A stretch of 64,000 bases of DNA from Kaistia sp. (GCA_965229085.1 OZ245859.1:1140207-1204206), one strand, 5' to 3'; positions 38,517-48,063 are shown, counted from the stretch's first letter. Notes: generated by a model from the sequence alone, not told the origin. Made by a program: numbers and translations.

Positions 38517-39545
38517 TCAGCCGCGACTGCGAAGCGCGAAAATCGTTCCTGCCAGCAGAATGAACGCCCCGACAATAGCCAGTTGCAGCGTGCTGGGAAT
38601 GCCCACGAAGATCAGCACGTTGCTGACGATCGTGATCAGCAGAACGCCGAGCAGCGTGCCGATGACGGTGCCCGAGCCGCCGGTGATCCGCGCGCCGCCG
38701 AGCACCACAGCCGCAATGACCTCGAGCTCCATCCCCGAAAGGTCGAACGGATTGGCGAGGCGGTTGCTGGCGACATGCACGATGCCTGCGACGCCCGCCA
38801 GAAGCCCGGCCCAGCCGAATACGAACAACCGTACCCGGAAGAGATTGAACCCCAACCGCTCAGCGATGGCCGGATTACCGCCGACGGCGAAGATCGCCCG
38901 GCCAATCAGCGTGCGCTCGAGGATGAACCAGGTCACCAGCGCCGCCAGGGCGAGCACGAGCACGGTCGCCGGCAGCATCGAGATCGCGCCGTCTGCGCCG
39001 ACATGCGTGTAGAGCGAGGCCTTGCCGAAGGCGTCCATCGCGGCGGGAATGTTCATGAACAGCGCCGTGCCGACGAAGGTCAGGAGAAAGCTGCGGATGA
39101 TGTATTGCGTGCCGATCGTCACGATCAGGGACGGCGCACGCAGGACATGAACGAGCAGGCCGTTCACGACGCCAAACGCGGCTCCGCCCATCGCGGCCAG
39201 GGGCAGAATGATCCAGAGCGGCATGCCGGGAAAGACGTTCGTCACCAGCATCGTCAGCGCATACATCACGAAGGCTGCGATCGCCGTAAACGACACGTCG
39301 ATGCCGCCGGCCGCCAGCACGACGAGCACGCCGAGGGCGAACAGCCCGCGCACGACCGATGCGCGCAGGATGTCGAACAGATTGTTGACCGCGAGAAAGT
39401 CCGGGTTGGCGATCGCGACGACGATGATGGTCAGGATCGTCAGCGCCAGCGTGAACAGCTCTGGCCTGCGCTTCATCAGCTCCCAGGCTCGTGCCACGGG
39501 GCTTTTTATCGTGGCGTCCGCGGGGTGAGCGGCCATATCGGTCAT
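38517..39545 (-). CDS. CUT2 sugar ABC permease
   Basis: GGIDVSF, GRAIFAVGGN, AAVVLGG. Confidence 0.9.
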   Translation of the reverse strand: MTDMAAHPADATIKSPVARAWELMKRRPELFTLALTILTIIVVAIANPDFLAVNNLFDILRASVVRGLFALGVLVVLAAGGIDVSFTAIAAFVMYALTMLVTNVFPGMPLWIILPLAAMGGAAFGVVNGLLVHVLRAPSLIVTIGTQYIIRSFLLTFVGTALFMNIPAAMDAFGKASLYTHVGADGAISMLPATVLVLALAALVTWFILERTLIGRAIFAVGGNPAIAERLGFNLFRVRLFVFGWAGLLAGVAGIVHVASNRLANPFDLSGMELEVIAAVVLGGARITGGSGTVIGTLLGVLLITIVSNVLIFVGIPSTLQLAIVGAFILLAGTIFALRSRG

Positions 39546-41128
39546 TGTGCGCCTTCCTTCAGGCCGTCGCCGTCACTGGCCATGGCCTGATAGATCGTGT
39601 CTTCGCTGACTTGGTCCGCCGCATAGGTGGCGACGATGGCCCCTTGCCGCATGACCGAGATCCGGTCGCAGTTCTGGATGAGTTCCGGCAGATCGTCGCT
39701 GATGATGACGACGGCCATGCCCTCGTCGGCGAGCCGCTGAATGATGCGAAAGATCGTATCCTTCGAGCCGACATCGACACCGACGGTCGGGCCATGCAGG
39801 ATCAGGAGGCGCGGCTCGATGGTCAGCCAGCGCCCGATCAGAACCCGTTGCTGGTTGCCGCCGGAGAGAGACTGCACCGGCACGGTCACGTCGGGGGCGA
39901 CCACCTGCAGATCGGCGACGGTCTTTTCCGCCAGCTTGCGGGCCCTTCGCGCACTGATCATGCCAAGCGCGCCGCAGAGGCGGTCAAGCACCGGCAGGGT
40001 GATGTTGTCCTGAATGGGCTTCTCGAGGAAGAGGCCCTCGGTGAGCCGATCCTCGGGCACATAGCCGATGCCCTCGCGGATCGCATCGGCAGGGCTCTGT
40101 GGTGCAATGGCCTTGCCGTCGAGCCGCATACGCCCCTGATCGGCCGGCGCCACGCCTGCCAGAGCCAGCGCCAGTTCGTTTCGCCCGGAGTCGAGCAGTC
40201 CCGTGAAGCCCAGGATTTCGCCGCGGCGGACGGAGAAGGTCAGGCCGCTGAACGCGGTGCCTGCGCCGAGATTCTCGACCTCCAGCAAGGTCGTGCCGAG
40301 CTTCGGTTCGGTCCGGTACCGGGCCTCGCTAATCTCGCGACCGGTCATCCAATGGCTGAAGTCCGCCTTGGCATGGGTGGCGACGTCGAGCTCAGCGACC
40401 TTCTCGCCATCGCGCATGACGATGGCGTGGCCGCCCAGCGACTTGCACTCGTCCAGCTTGTGGGTGACGAACAGGACGGCGACCCCGCGATCCAGCAGAC
40501 TGCGAACGACGCGCAGCAAGTTGTCGACTTCCTGCCGGGTCAAGGACGTCGTTGGCTCGTCCATGATCACCATGCGCGCCTCCGCGGCGATGGCGCGTGC
40601 GATGGCGACCAACTGGCGCGTGGCGAGTGGCAGAGTGTCGGTGCGGCGCGCAAGGAAGGCGCGGTCGGTCGGGAGGTTGACTTGCGCCAGCGCGAGCGCC
40701 GCGGTCCGGTAGAGCTCCGCGACATCCAGCCGCCGCATCAGGGCACCGCCCGCCGCGACGAGTTGCCGGGTCAGCGCGACATTGTCGGCCACCGAGAGAT
40801 TGGGGAGCAGCGAAAGATCCTGGTAGACCGTCTCGATCCCGGCCTTCAGAGCGCCGATTGCGCCAAGATCGCCGGCGACAGTCCCCGTCGGCACGCCGCC
40901 GATCAGGATCTGCCCTTCATCGGCGCTTTGCGCGCCCGAGATGATCTTGATCAGCGTGGACTTGCCACAGCCGTTCTCGCCCATCAGGTGATAAATCTGG
41001 CCAGACCGGATCGTCAGGCTGACATTCTTCAGCGCCCGCACGCCGCCGAACGACTTGCGTACGTTGCGGATCTCGAGAAATGCCGGGACTTGCCCTGCCT
41101 GAGGATCGCTGGACTGCTGGGACTGCAT
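39542..41128 (-). CDS. CUT2 sugar ABC ATPase
   Basis: GENGCGKST, MDEPTTSL, SGGNQQ, degenerate second Walker B (HGPTVGVD). Confidence 0.92.
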   Translation of the reverse strand: MQSQQSSDPQAGQVPAFLEIRNVRKSFGGVRALKNVSLTIRSGQIYHLMGENGCGKSTLIKIISGAQSADEGQILIGGVPTGTVAGDLGAIGALKAGIETVYQDLSLLPNLSVADNVALTRQLVAAGGALMRRLDVAELYRTAALALAQVNLPTDRAFLARRTDTLPLATRQLVAIARAIAAEARMVIMDEPTTSLTRQEVDNLLRVVRSLLDRGVAVLFVTHKLDECKSLGGHAIVMRDGEKVAELDVATHAKADFSHWMTGREISEARYRTEPKLGTTLLEVENLGAGTAFSGLTFSVRRGEILGFTGLLDSGRNELALALAGVAPADQGRMRLDGKAIAPQSPADAIREGIGYVPEDRLTEGLFLEKPIQDNITLPVLDRLCGALGMISARRARKLAEKTVADLQVVAPDVTVPVQSLSGGNQQRVLIGRWLTIEPRLLILHGPTVGVDVGSKDTIFRIIQRLADEGMAVVIISDDLPELIQNCDRISVMRQGAIVATYAADQVSEDTIYQAMASDGDGLKEGAQ

Positions 41129-41221
41129 CGCCGTGTCCTGATGTGGTCTGCCTGTTTGCAAGGCCGCGATCGTTCGCGGCCTTGCCTGTCATCGATCCGC
41201 TTGAGGGATCAGAACGGGTAA

Positions 41222-42220
41222 TCAGAAAGGATACTTGGAGAAGTCGTCCTTGCCGACATCGACCCAGGCCTGACCCTGGATCAGGATGCCCTTGCCGGGT
41301 CCCTTGGTGACCTTGACGGCATTGTAGCCGGGAACGCCGAGATCCATTCCGTCAGTGATCGGCTTGCCGTCGAGCACCATCTTGGAGACGACGTTCATGA
41401 CGTAGCCGGCGTCCTTCGGATCCCAGAAATAGATCCGGTTGACCGCGCCCGACTTCAGGTAAGGACCGCTGTCCTTGGGCAGACCGAGGCCATAGACGCA
41501 GATCTTGCCCTGAAGGCCGGCTTCCTCGACCGCACGGCCGATGCCGATCACGTCGATGGCCGACGAGCCCTGGAAGCCCTTGATGTCGGGATGCAGGCGC
41601 AGGATTTCCTTGGCCTTCTCATAGGCGCGGTTCGCGTCGTTGAACGACTCGTTCTTCGCCGAAACCAGTTCCATCTCAGGATACTGCTTGGCGTTTTCCG
41701 CGCCGGCATCGACCCACTGGTTATGCGTCAGGCTGCCGAGCGAGCCGACGAACGTCGTCCACTTGCCCTTCTTGCCCATGCATTCTGCGAGGCCCTCGTT
41801 GATGCGGCGGCCGAAGGCTGCGTTGTCGAAAGCCTCGATGTCGGCGTCCGCATTGACGATCGTGCTGCCTTCATGCGCGATGACCTTGATGCCGCGCTGC
41901 TGTGCACGACGCAAAACGCCTTCAAGCGCCGAGGGGTCCATCGGAACGACTGCGATCGCCGAAACGTCGCGCGCCACGAGGTCCTCGATGATACGCGACT
42001 GCTGCGCCGCATCAGCCTTGGCCGGTCCGATCTGGCTGACCGAGAGCTCGGGATTGTCCTTGCCGAAGGCGTCGACGCCCTCGTTCATGCGGATGAACCA
42101 GTTCTCACCGGTAACCTTCACGACGGTCGTGATATTCGGCTTGTCAGCGGCCGCAGCCGCGCCGGTCGCCAGGATTCCCATCAGGGCAACGCTGCCTGCC
42201 AGTCTCGCGATCAGACTCAT
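41222..42220 (-). CDS. CUT2 substrate-binding protein of the LsrB/RhaS-like clade
   Basis: VVKVTGENWF, ADAAQQ, HNQW, FWDPKDAG. Confidence 0.85.
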   Translation of the reverse strand: MSLIARLAGSVALMGILATGAAAAADKPNITTVVKVTGENWFIRMNEGVDAFGKDNPELSVSQIGPAKADAAQQSRIIEDLVARDVSAIAVVPMDPSALEGVLRRAQQRGIKVIAHEGSTIVNADADIEAFDNAAFGRRINEGLAECMGKKGKWTTFVGSLGSLTHNQWVDAGAENAKQYPEMELVSAKNESFNDANRAYEKAKEILRLHPDIKGFQGSSAIDVIGIGRAVEEAGLQGKICVYGLGLPKDSGPYLKSGAVNRIYFWDPKDAGYVMNVVSKMVLDGKPITDGMDLGVPGYNAVKVTKGPGKGILIQGQAWVDVGKDDFSKYPF

Positions 42221-42291
42221 GTCTCACTCCTCCAGTGTCTTGAACACTTCTTGGTCCATCCCGCGCGTCACCCCTTCAGGGGGCGCGCTTC

Positions 42292-43275
42292 TTAGCGCCT
42301 GGCACGAAGCCAGGGCGTAAGATCCACTCGCGCCGACGCCAGAAGGGCGAGCAGCAGCGCACCCCAGGCCAGGTCGCGGAAAAAGTTCGAAATCTGCATG
42401 AAGTTGAAAAGGCTCGAGAGCGTCTGCAGCGCAGTCGCCGCCAGGAGCACGCACAGCACCTTGCCGTAGCCGCCCTCGGGCTTAACCCCGCCAAGCACGG
42501 CGATCAGGATGGCGATCAGCACATAGGAGCTGCCGTAATCCCATTTCACCGACGAGTTGCGCGAGGCGATCACGACCCCTGCGATCGAGGCGAGCACGCC
42601 GCAGATCGTATAGGTGACGATGATCATCCGCCGCTCCGAGATCCCGCCATAGCGAGCGGCTTTGGCGTTGCTGCCCAGAAGCATGAGCTTCACGCCAAAG
42701 GGCGTGTATTTCAGCAGGAACCCCAGCAGCGCCGCAATCACGACAAACAGCGTGAAGCAGAGCGGAACGCCGAGAACCGGCAGGTTGCCGAAGTCGTCGA
42801 GCGGCGGGATGTAGCCCATGCTTACCGCGGAGCCGTTTGTCAGGAAGACGGCGATGCCGGTGAACAGAAGCTGGGTTCCCAGCGTCGCGATGAGCGGCGT
42901 CAATCCCGCCAACGAAATCACGATCCCGTTGATGAGCCCGCCGACCAGTCCGACAGCGAGCGCAATGCCCGCGAAGGTCCAGGCGAACAGCATCGGCGAA
43001 GCGTCCGGCGCGATCATCGACTTGGTCAGGAGGAAGGCGACGATCCCGGCGAGATTCGCGAGGGCGATGCCCGAAAGGTCAATGCCGCCATTGCCTGAGA
43101 TCATCGCCAGCGTCACGCCCAGCGCCAGCAGTCCGAGCTCAGGCACCTGCGCCGCCATCGACTGCAGGTTGTAGCTGTCAATGAAGTTGTGCCCGGCAAG
43201 CACGGCACCTGCCACAAGCACGACGACATTGATCGACGCCAGGAACAGCGTCTGGCGATCAAAAGCAGATGACAC
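42292..43275 (-). CDS. CUT2 sugar ABC permease (GTG start)
   Basis: GGAGG RBS before GTG 43275; GGIDLS, TPFG...LGSNAKAARYGG, AVLGG. Confidence 0.85.
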   Translation of the reverse strand: MSSAFDRQTLFLASINVVVLVAGAVLAGHNFIDSYNLQSMAAQVPELGLLALGVTLAMISGNGGIDLSGIALANLAGIVAFLLTKSMIAPDASPMLFAWTFAGIALAVGLVGGLINGIVISLAGLTPLIATLGTQLLFTGIAVFLTNGSAVSMGYIPPLDDFGNLPVLGVPLCFTLFVVIAALLGFLLKYTPFGVKLMLLGSNAKAARYGGISERRMIIVTYTICGVLASIAGVVIASRNSSVKWDYGSSYVLIAILIAVLGGVKPEGGYGKVLCVLLAATALQTLSSLFNFMQISNFFRDLAWGALLLALLASARVDLTPWLRARR

Positions 43276-43337
43276 TTCAATCCTCCCGAGCGACCAGGCG
43301 TTGCCACCCGGTCGTTTCCGTATTTCGCCGCGAACAG

Positions 43338-43369
43338 TGTCAATTGTCAATGATAATTGACGTATGTCA
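43338..43369. promoter_or_regulatory. Putative SorC-family operator/promoter
   Basis: TGTCAATTGTCA (identical 12-mer to the 36449 repeat arm) and TTGACGTATGTCA. Confidence 0.6.
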
Positions 43370-43394
43370 CCATTCGCCTTGAGCCCATCCTCAG

Positions 43395-45455
43395 TCAGGC
43401 CCCCGGCCCCAGAACCGTCACGGCGGGCGACCGGCAGGGGTGGTGGAGCAAAGAGGTCAGTTCGTCGTCCAGATGCAGCAGGGTGAGCGACACCCCCTCC
43501 ATATCGAGGGACGTGTAGTAGGGGCCGACAAGGCTCGCATCGACGATGAGGCCATGCGCCTTCAGGCGCTGCCGGACCCGACGGTGCAGGATGTAGAGTT
43601 CCATGGCCGGTGTGCCGCCGAGCGAGTTCACCAGCACTGCGACGCGGTCGCCATGCACCGGCTTCATTTCGGCAAGGATTCGGTCGAGCAGCAGATCGGC
43701 ACAGTCGTCGGCCGAAGCGAGCGCCCGGCGCACCACACCGGGCTCGCCATGCACGCCAACGCCAAGTTCCATGTCTTCGGGACCAAGTTCGAAACTGGGC
43801 CGACGCGTATCCAGAAGGCGCGCCGGCTCGAGAGCGAGGCCCATCGTGTAGGTGCGTGAGGCGGCGCGCCGGGTGATGAACTCGCACGCCTCCAGGCTCA
43901 GCATCCGGTCGGCCGCCGCCCCGGCAATCTTGAAGACGAAGATGTTCCCCGCCACGCCCCGTCGCGAGGCCCGTGATTCCAGAGGGGCTGAAGCGATGTC
44001 GTCGATGGTGACGATCTGGCGAACGCGCAGGCCTTCGGCCTCGGCGATCTCGGCGGCCATCTCGAAGTTCATGACGTCGCCGGAGAAGTTGCCATAGATA
44101 TAGAGCAGCCCTGCCCCGCCGTTCACGGCGCGACTTGCGGCCAGGATGGGCCCGGGCGGGGGCGCCGCGAAGATGTTCCCCACGGCCGCCGCGTCCGCAA
44201 GCCCACGGCCGACGAAGCCCCAGAAGCCCGGCTCGTGGCCTGATCCGCCGCCGATCACGATGCCCACCTTGCCGGGCCGGGGTGCGGCCGCCGCCATCAC
44301 CGCGCGCGGCGAGCCGGGCACAGGAACAATCAACGACTCATGCGCGAGAAGCGCGCCGGCGAGGCATTCGTCCACGGCGTCCTGCGGCGCATTGATCAGC
44401 TTCTTGGCGTGGCTCCGCGCCATGGCCGGCAAGGAAGACGGCGCCTCCGCGCGCCGCAGCGGCTCGATCCAGCCCTCGGCGTTCAGGATGCCCCGGCCGG
44501 TCGCCGTATCCGTCACCAGCACATTCACATGCTTGGCCCGAAGCGCGGCGAGGATCGCGGCGATCTTGTCGATACCGCCGGCAACGGCGATGCGCTGCGG
44601 AATCCGGCGGAGCATCTCGAGGTCGAGACCGATCGTCCGGTCATGCAGCGGCCCCATGACCGGCTCGCCACGCGCCGAAATGAAGCGCCCGACAATGCTG
44701 CCAACGGCGGCATGGTAATAGGAATGCTGGTCGACGCCGTCGAGAAAGCCACTTGTGTGGATCGTGCTTTCCGGGCGCAGCGATGAGATGCCCATGACGA
44801 TCCGGTCCGCCTCGGCCAGGATCGCCATCTGTTCCGCGAGGACAGGCTCGCGCAGCAGCATTTCGCGCATCTCGGGCGAGGACACGATGGCCGGAGCCGA
44901 GAGCGGAATGCACCGCGCCGTCAAGGCCTCGGCGAGACGCGAGGCGCAGGCTTCCGGCGTCCATGGGATACGCGCCGTCGTCCCGCCAGTCGCCTGGACC
45001 ACGCGCAGATCGGCCAATCCAGGATGGTCTAGGGCATCGGCCAGAGCCAGAACCGTCCGGCCCCAGGTCACGGCGATGGTGTCGCCAGGCCGGACGAAGC
45101 TCTTGAGGACCTGTGCCCCTGCCGCCCCCAGCCGTGCGATCAGCGGGCGGTCGCCACCGTCGGTCGGAATGACGAGACAATCCTGCAGGCCGAAGTGGCC
45201 CTTCAGCGCCTGAGCGATGGAAAGCTCGCGAAAGCGATCCGGAGCAATCTCGATATTGACGATGCCACGGATGCGGGCGTCGGCGAGATAGGTGTTCACC
45301 GAGGCGCGGGAAAGGCCCATCTTCTCGGCGATCTCGCCCTGCGTCAGGCCTTCCTCGTAATAGAGCCAGGCAGCCCACAGCAAGGTGTCGTCGCCAAACC
45401 GCAAGGGCATGGCGACCGTCGCGTCGCTTTCGGACTTCTGTGGTTGGCGCGCCAT
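43395..45455 (-). CDS. SorC-family regulator fused to a C-terminal DhaK domain
   Basis: One uninterrupted 687-aa frame: WAAWLYYEEGLTQGEIA...VAGG...LVTD, then KKLINAP...GGGSGHEP...NFSGD...GVHGEPG. Confidence 0.9.
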   Translation of the reverse strand: MARQPQKSESDATVAMPLRFGDDTLLWAAWLYYEEGLTQGEIAEKMGLSRASVNTYLADARIRGIVNIEIAPDRFRELSIAQALKGHFGLQDCLVIPTDGGDRPLIARLGAAGAQVLKSFVRPGDTIAVTWGRTVLALADALDHPGLADLRVVQATGGTTARIPWTPEACASRLAEALTARCIPLSAPAIVSSPEMREMLLREPVLAEQMAILAEADRIVMGISSLRPESTIHTSGFLDGVDQHSYYHAAVGSIVGRFISARGEPVMGPLHDRTIGLDLEMLRRIPQRIAVAGGIDKIAAILAALRAKHVNVLVTDTATGRGILNAEGWIEPLRRAEAPSSLPAMARSHAKKLINAPQDAVDECLAGALLAHESLIVPVPGSPRAVMAAAAPRPGKVGIVIGGGSGHEPGFWGFVGRGLADAAAVGNIFAAPPPGPILAASRAVNGGAGLLYIYGNFSGDVMNFEMAAEIAEAEGLRVRQIVTIDDIASAPLESRASRRGVAGNIFVFKIAGAAADRMLSLEACEFITRRAASRTYTMGLALEPARLLDTRRPSFELGPEDMELGVGVHGEPGVVRRALASADDCADLLLDRILAEMKPVHGDRVAVLVNSLGGTPAMELYILHRRVRQRLKAHGLIVDASLVGPYYTSLDMEGVSLTLLHLDDELTSLLHHPCRSPAVTVLGPGA

Positions 45456-46114
45456 CACAGCGCCGCCCGTTCGCGTCGCTGCATCGCATCACGCAAGGCA
45501 GCGATGATGATCGTCGCCGAGGCAGCGCCGGGATCGACATGGCCGAGCGTGCGCTGCCCGAGGCGCGCGGCGCGCCCGACGGATGCGACCATGGCCCGCG
45601 TCGCCTCGCGCCCCTCTTCCGCCGCGAGCAAGGCTGCATCGAGGCAGGCAAGCGGACCCAATCCCTCTGCCTGCGCCTGCTGTACTGCCCACGCCGCGGG
45701 CGACCAGACATCGAGCATGGTCTTGTCGCCGGGCTGCGCCTTGCCCCGCTGGCGGATGCCTTCTTCGAAGGCGGGAATGAGGTCCGGGATGGATTCAGCG
45801 GCTATGTCGCGCTGGCCGGCAAACAACTGGCCCGCCCGCATGAACGCGCTTGCATAGAGCGGACCCGTGGTCGCGCCGACGGCACCGAGAAAGGACTGCG
45901 CTGCAACCGGGAAAAGATCGCCTGCCGCAGCCCCGCTCATGGCGGCAGCAGAACTGGCGCGAACCACGGCGGCGAAACCTTCGGCCATCGAGTTGCCGTG
46001 ATCGGCATCCCCGATGACCCCATCGAGCACGCCGAGCTCGGTTCGCGCCTCCGTCAACCTGGCGGCGATGGCGCGAAACAAGTCCGTAATCTGATCCGCA
46101 TTCAAGCGCGCCAT
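45455..46114 (-). CDS. dhaL: Stand-alone DhaL (DAK2) subunit
   Basis: LDGVIGDADHG, GPLY, GDKTMLD, GRAARLG, DPGA. Confidence 0.88.
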   Translation of the reverse strand: MARLNADQITDLFRAIAARLTEARTELGVLDGVIGDADHGNSMAEGFAAVVRASSAAAMSGAAAGDLFPVAAQSFLGAVGATTGPLYASAFMRAGQLFAGQRDIAAESIPDLIPAFEEGIRQRGKAQPGDKTMLDVWSPAAWAVQQAQAEGLGPLACLDAALLAAEEGREATRAMVASVGRAARLGQRTLGHVDPGAASATIIIAALRDAMQRRERAAL

Positions 46115-46128
46115 GGCGATGGCTCCCC

Positions 46129-47868
46129 TCAGGACAGACGCTTCTCGAACGCGTCGCCCAGCGTCACGAGGATGAGGCAGCATGAGGTGGCGCCGGCGTC
46201 CGGAACGCCGCGCGACCGCTCGCCGAGACGGCTCGCCCGGCCTACCCTGGCCACGAGATCGACGGTGCTGTCGCGTCCCTGTTCGGCCGCCAGACGCATC
46301 GCCTGCAGCGCCGCAGCGAAGCCTTGCGACTTCGTCGCGTCGAAGGCCGCCACGGCTGGCACAAGCGTATCGATCAGCGTCTTGTCGCCGACATTGGCCG
46401 AGCCGGTGCGGCGGACGCCTGCAAGGCCTGCGTTCAAAAGCGCCGAGAAGCCATCCGCGTCGACAGCGCTGTGACCTGCGATGGCAGTCGCCATCTCCTG
46501 GAACATGAAGCCGTAGAGCGGCCCCATCGATCCGCCGATTTCCGACATCAGGACGTCCGACAGCACGCTGAGCGCCTGGTCGAGGCTGAGGTCCTTGCCC
46601 TCGATCCGCTCGGCAGCGCGGCCAAACCCCTTGGCCATGTTGATCCCGTGGTCGCCATCGCCGATCAACCCATCGATTTCCGACAGATGCGCCTTGTTGG
46701 CGACGATCACCGCTGCCAGCTCGGCGACAATGGCGTGCGACCCGGCATTGCGCACCGAAGGGCCGTTGATCACCACATCAGTTGCAACGGCCGACTGTGC
46801 CCCGTGATGCGAAACCCGGGTCTTGCGCACACCGGCTTCAGCCGCATCGCCCACGGGCGCAGCAACCGTTCCGGTCGTCAAGCCCGGCGCCAGCGCCTCG
46901 AGATCGAGGAGAGCCTTCGTCTCCTCGTCGAGAGCAATAACGGTCAAGGTCGCGCCGACCATCTCCAGCGAGGTGAAGTAGTTGCCGACGAACGCCTTAT
47001 GGACACGCATTCCCCGCGCCTCGAGCCCCGTCTCGATCCGGTCATAGAGCACATAGAGTTCGTTGACCGGCGTCGCTCCGAGGCCCGAAAGGAGAACCGC
47101 GACTTCGGTCCCCGGCGCCAGACCATGATCATCCATGACAATGGCCAACATGTCGTCGGCCACAGCGTCCGCGCTCTTCAGCGCCTCAACCCGCGTGCCG
47201 GGCTCACCGTGATGGCCGATACCGACCTCCATGGTTCCCGGCGCGATCTGGAAATTCGGATGGCCAACGCCCGGCAGCGTGCAGGGACCAAGGCCGACGC
47301 CGACCGAGCGGCAGGCGTCGATCGCCTTCTGCGCCGCGGCCTTCACTTCGGCGAGCGAACCACCTTGCGCGGCCTTGGCACCGCCGATCTTCCACATGAA
47401 GATCTCGCCCGCGACGCCGCGCCTTTTGGCGCGCTCAGCGGGGGATGCGGAACAAACATCATCATTGGCAACAACGGTCGCGACCTCGATACCGTCAGCG
47501 GCGACCATCTCGGCCGCCATCTTCACGTTCATGTTGTCGCCGGCATAATTGCCATAGAGCACCGCGACGCCGGCGCCGCCATCGGCGGCCCGGATCGCAT
47601 CGGCGAAGCTCTTCGCGGTCGGCGAGGAAAACAGCTCCCCCACGGCCACGGCATCGACGAGATTGCGGCCGGTATAGCCGATGAAGGCCGGCTCATGACC
47701 CGATCCACCGCCGGTCACAATCCCGACGCGGCCCGTACGCGGCGCCGCCGTCGACACCACAACCCGCGGGTTCGTGGGGTCAAGCCGAACGAGGTCCCGG
47801 TGGGCCTTGACGAAGCCGGCTACGGTCTCGTCGACCAGATCGTCCGGATCATTGATGAACCGCTGCAT
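46129..47868 (-). CDS. Fused DhaK-DhaL ketose kinase #2
   Basis: GGGSGHEP, NYAGD, GHHGEPG; GDGDHG, GDKTLID, GRASRLG, DAGA. Confidence 0.9.
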   Translation of the reverse strand: MQRFINDPDDLVDETVAGFVKAHRDLVRLDPTNPRVVVSTAAPRTGRVGIVTGGGSGHEPAFIGYTGRNLVDAVAVGELFSSPTAKSFADAIRAADGGAGVAVLYGNYAGDNMNVKMAAEMVAADGIEVATVVANDDVCSASPAERAKRRGVAGEIFMWKIGGAKAAQGGSLAEVKAAAQKAIDACRSVGVGLGPCTLPGVGHPNFQIAPGTMEVGIGHHGEPGTRVEALKSADAVADDMLAIVMDDHGLAPGTEVAVLLSGLGATPVNELYVLYDRIETGLEARGMRVHKAFVGNYFTSLEMVGATLTVIALDEETKALLDLEALAPGLTTGTVAAPVGDAAEAGVRKTRVSHHGAQSAVATDVVINGPSVRNAGSHAIVAELAAVIVANKAHLSEIDGLIGDGDHGINMAKGFGRAAERIEGKDLSLDQALSVLSDVLMSEIGGSMGPLYGFMFQEMATAIAGHSAVDADGFSALLNAGLAGVRRTGSANVGDKTLIDTLVPAVAAFDATKSQGFAAALQAMRLAAEQGRDSTVDLVARVGRASRLGERSRGVPDAGATSCCLILVTLGDAFEKRLS

Positions 47869-48049
47869 CACCACTCCCGCAAATCAACATACCGGCAGAG
47901 CACCCAGCGCACAGTTTCAGCGCCGGAACGAGCGCATGCAGAATCTCTCCTGCCTCGCGACAGGCGCTCCAGGAAGCTGTGCCGGATGTCCTCCTCCGAC
48001 GTCGCCGACAATTTCCGCGACGCTCTGAATTATGTAATTTGCGCAGAAT

Positions 48050-48063
48050 TTATCATATGTCAA
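48050..48063 (-). promoter_or_regulatory. Putative SorC-family operator upstream of the DAK operon
   Basis: Minus strand TTGACATATGATAA, matching the motif at 13251 and 36491. Confidence 0.5.

Noticed and set aside
37534-47868. AI-2 (lsr) uptake/quorum-quenching system, suggested by the LsrB-like SBP and SorC/LsrR-like regulators
   Set aside because: The SBP lacks the recalled AI-2 ligand residues; no LsrF, LsrG or adjacent LsrK
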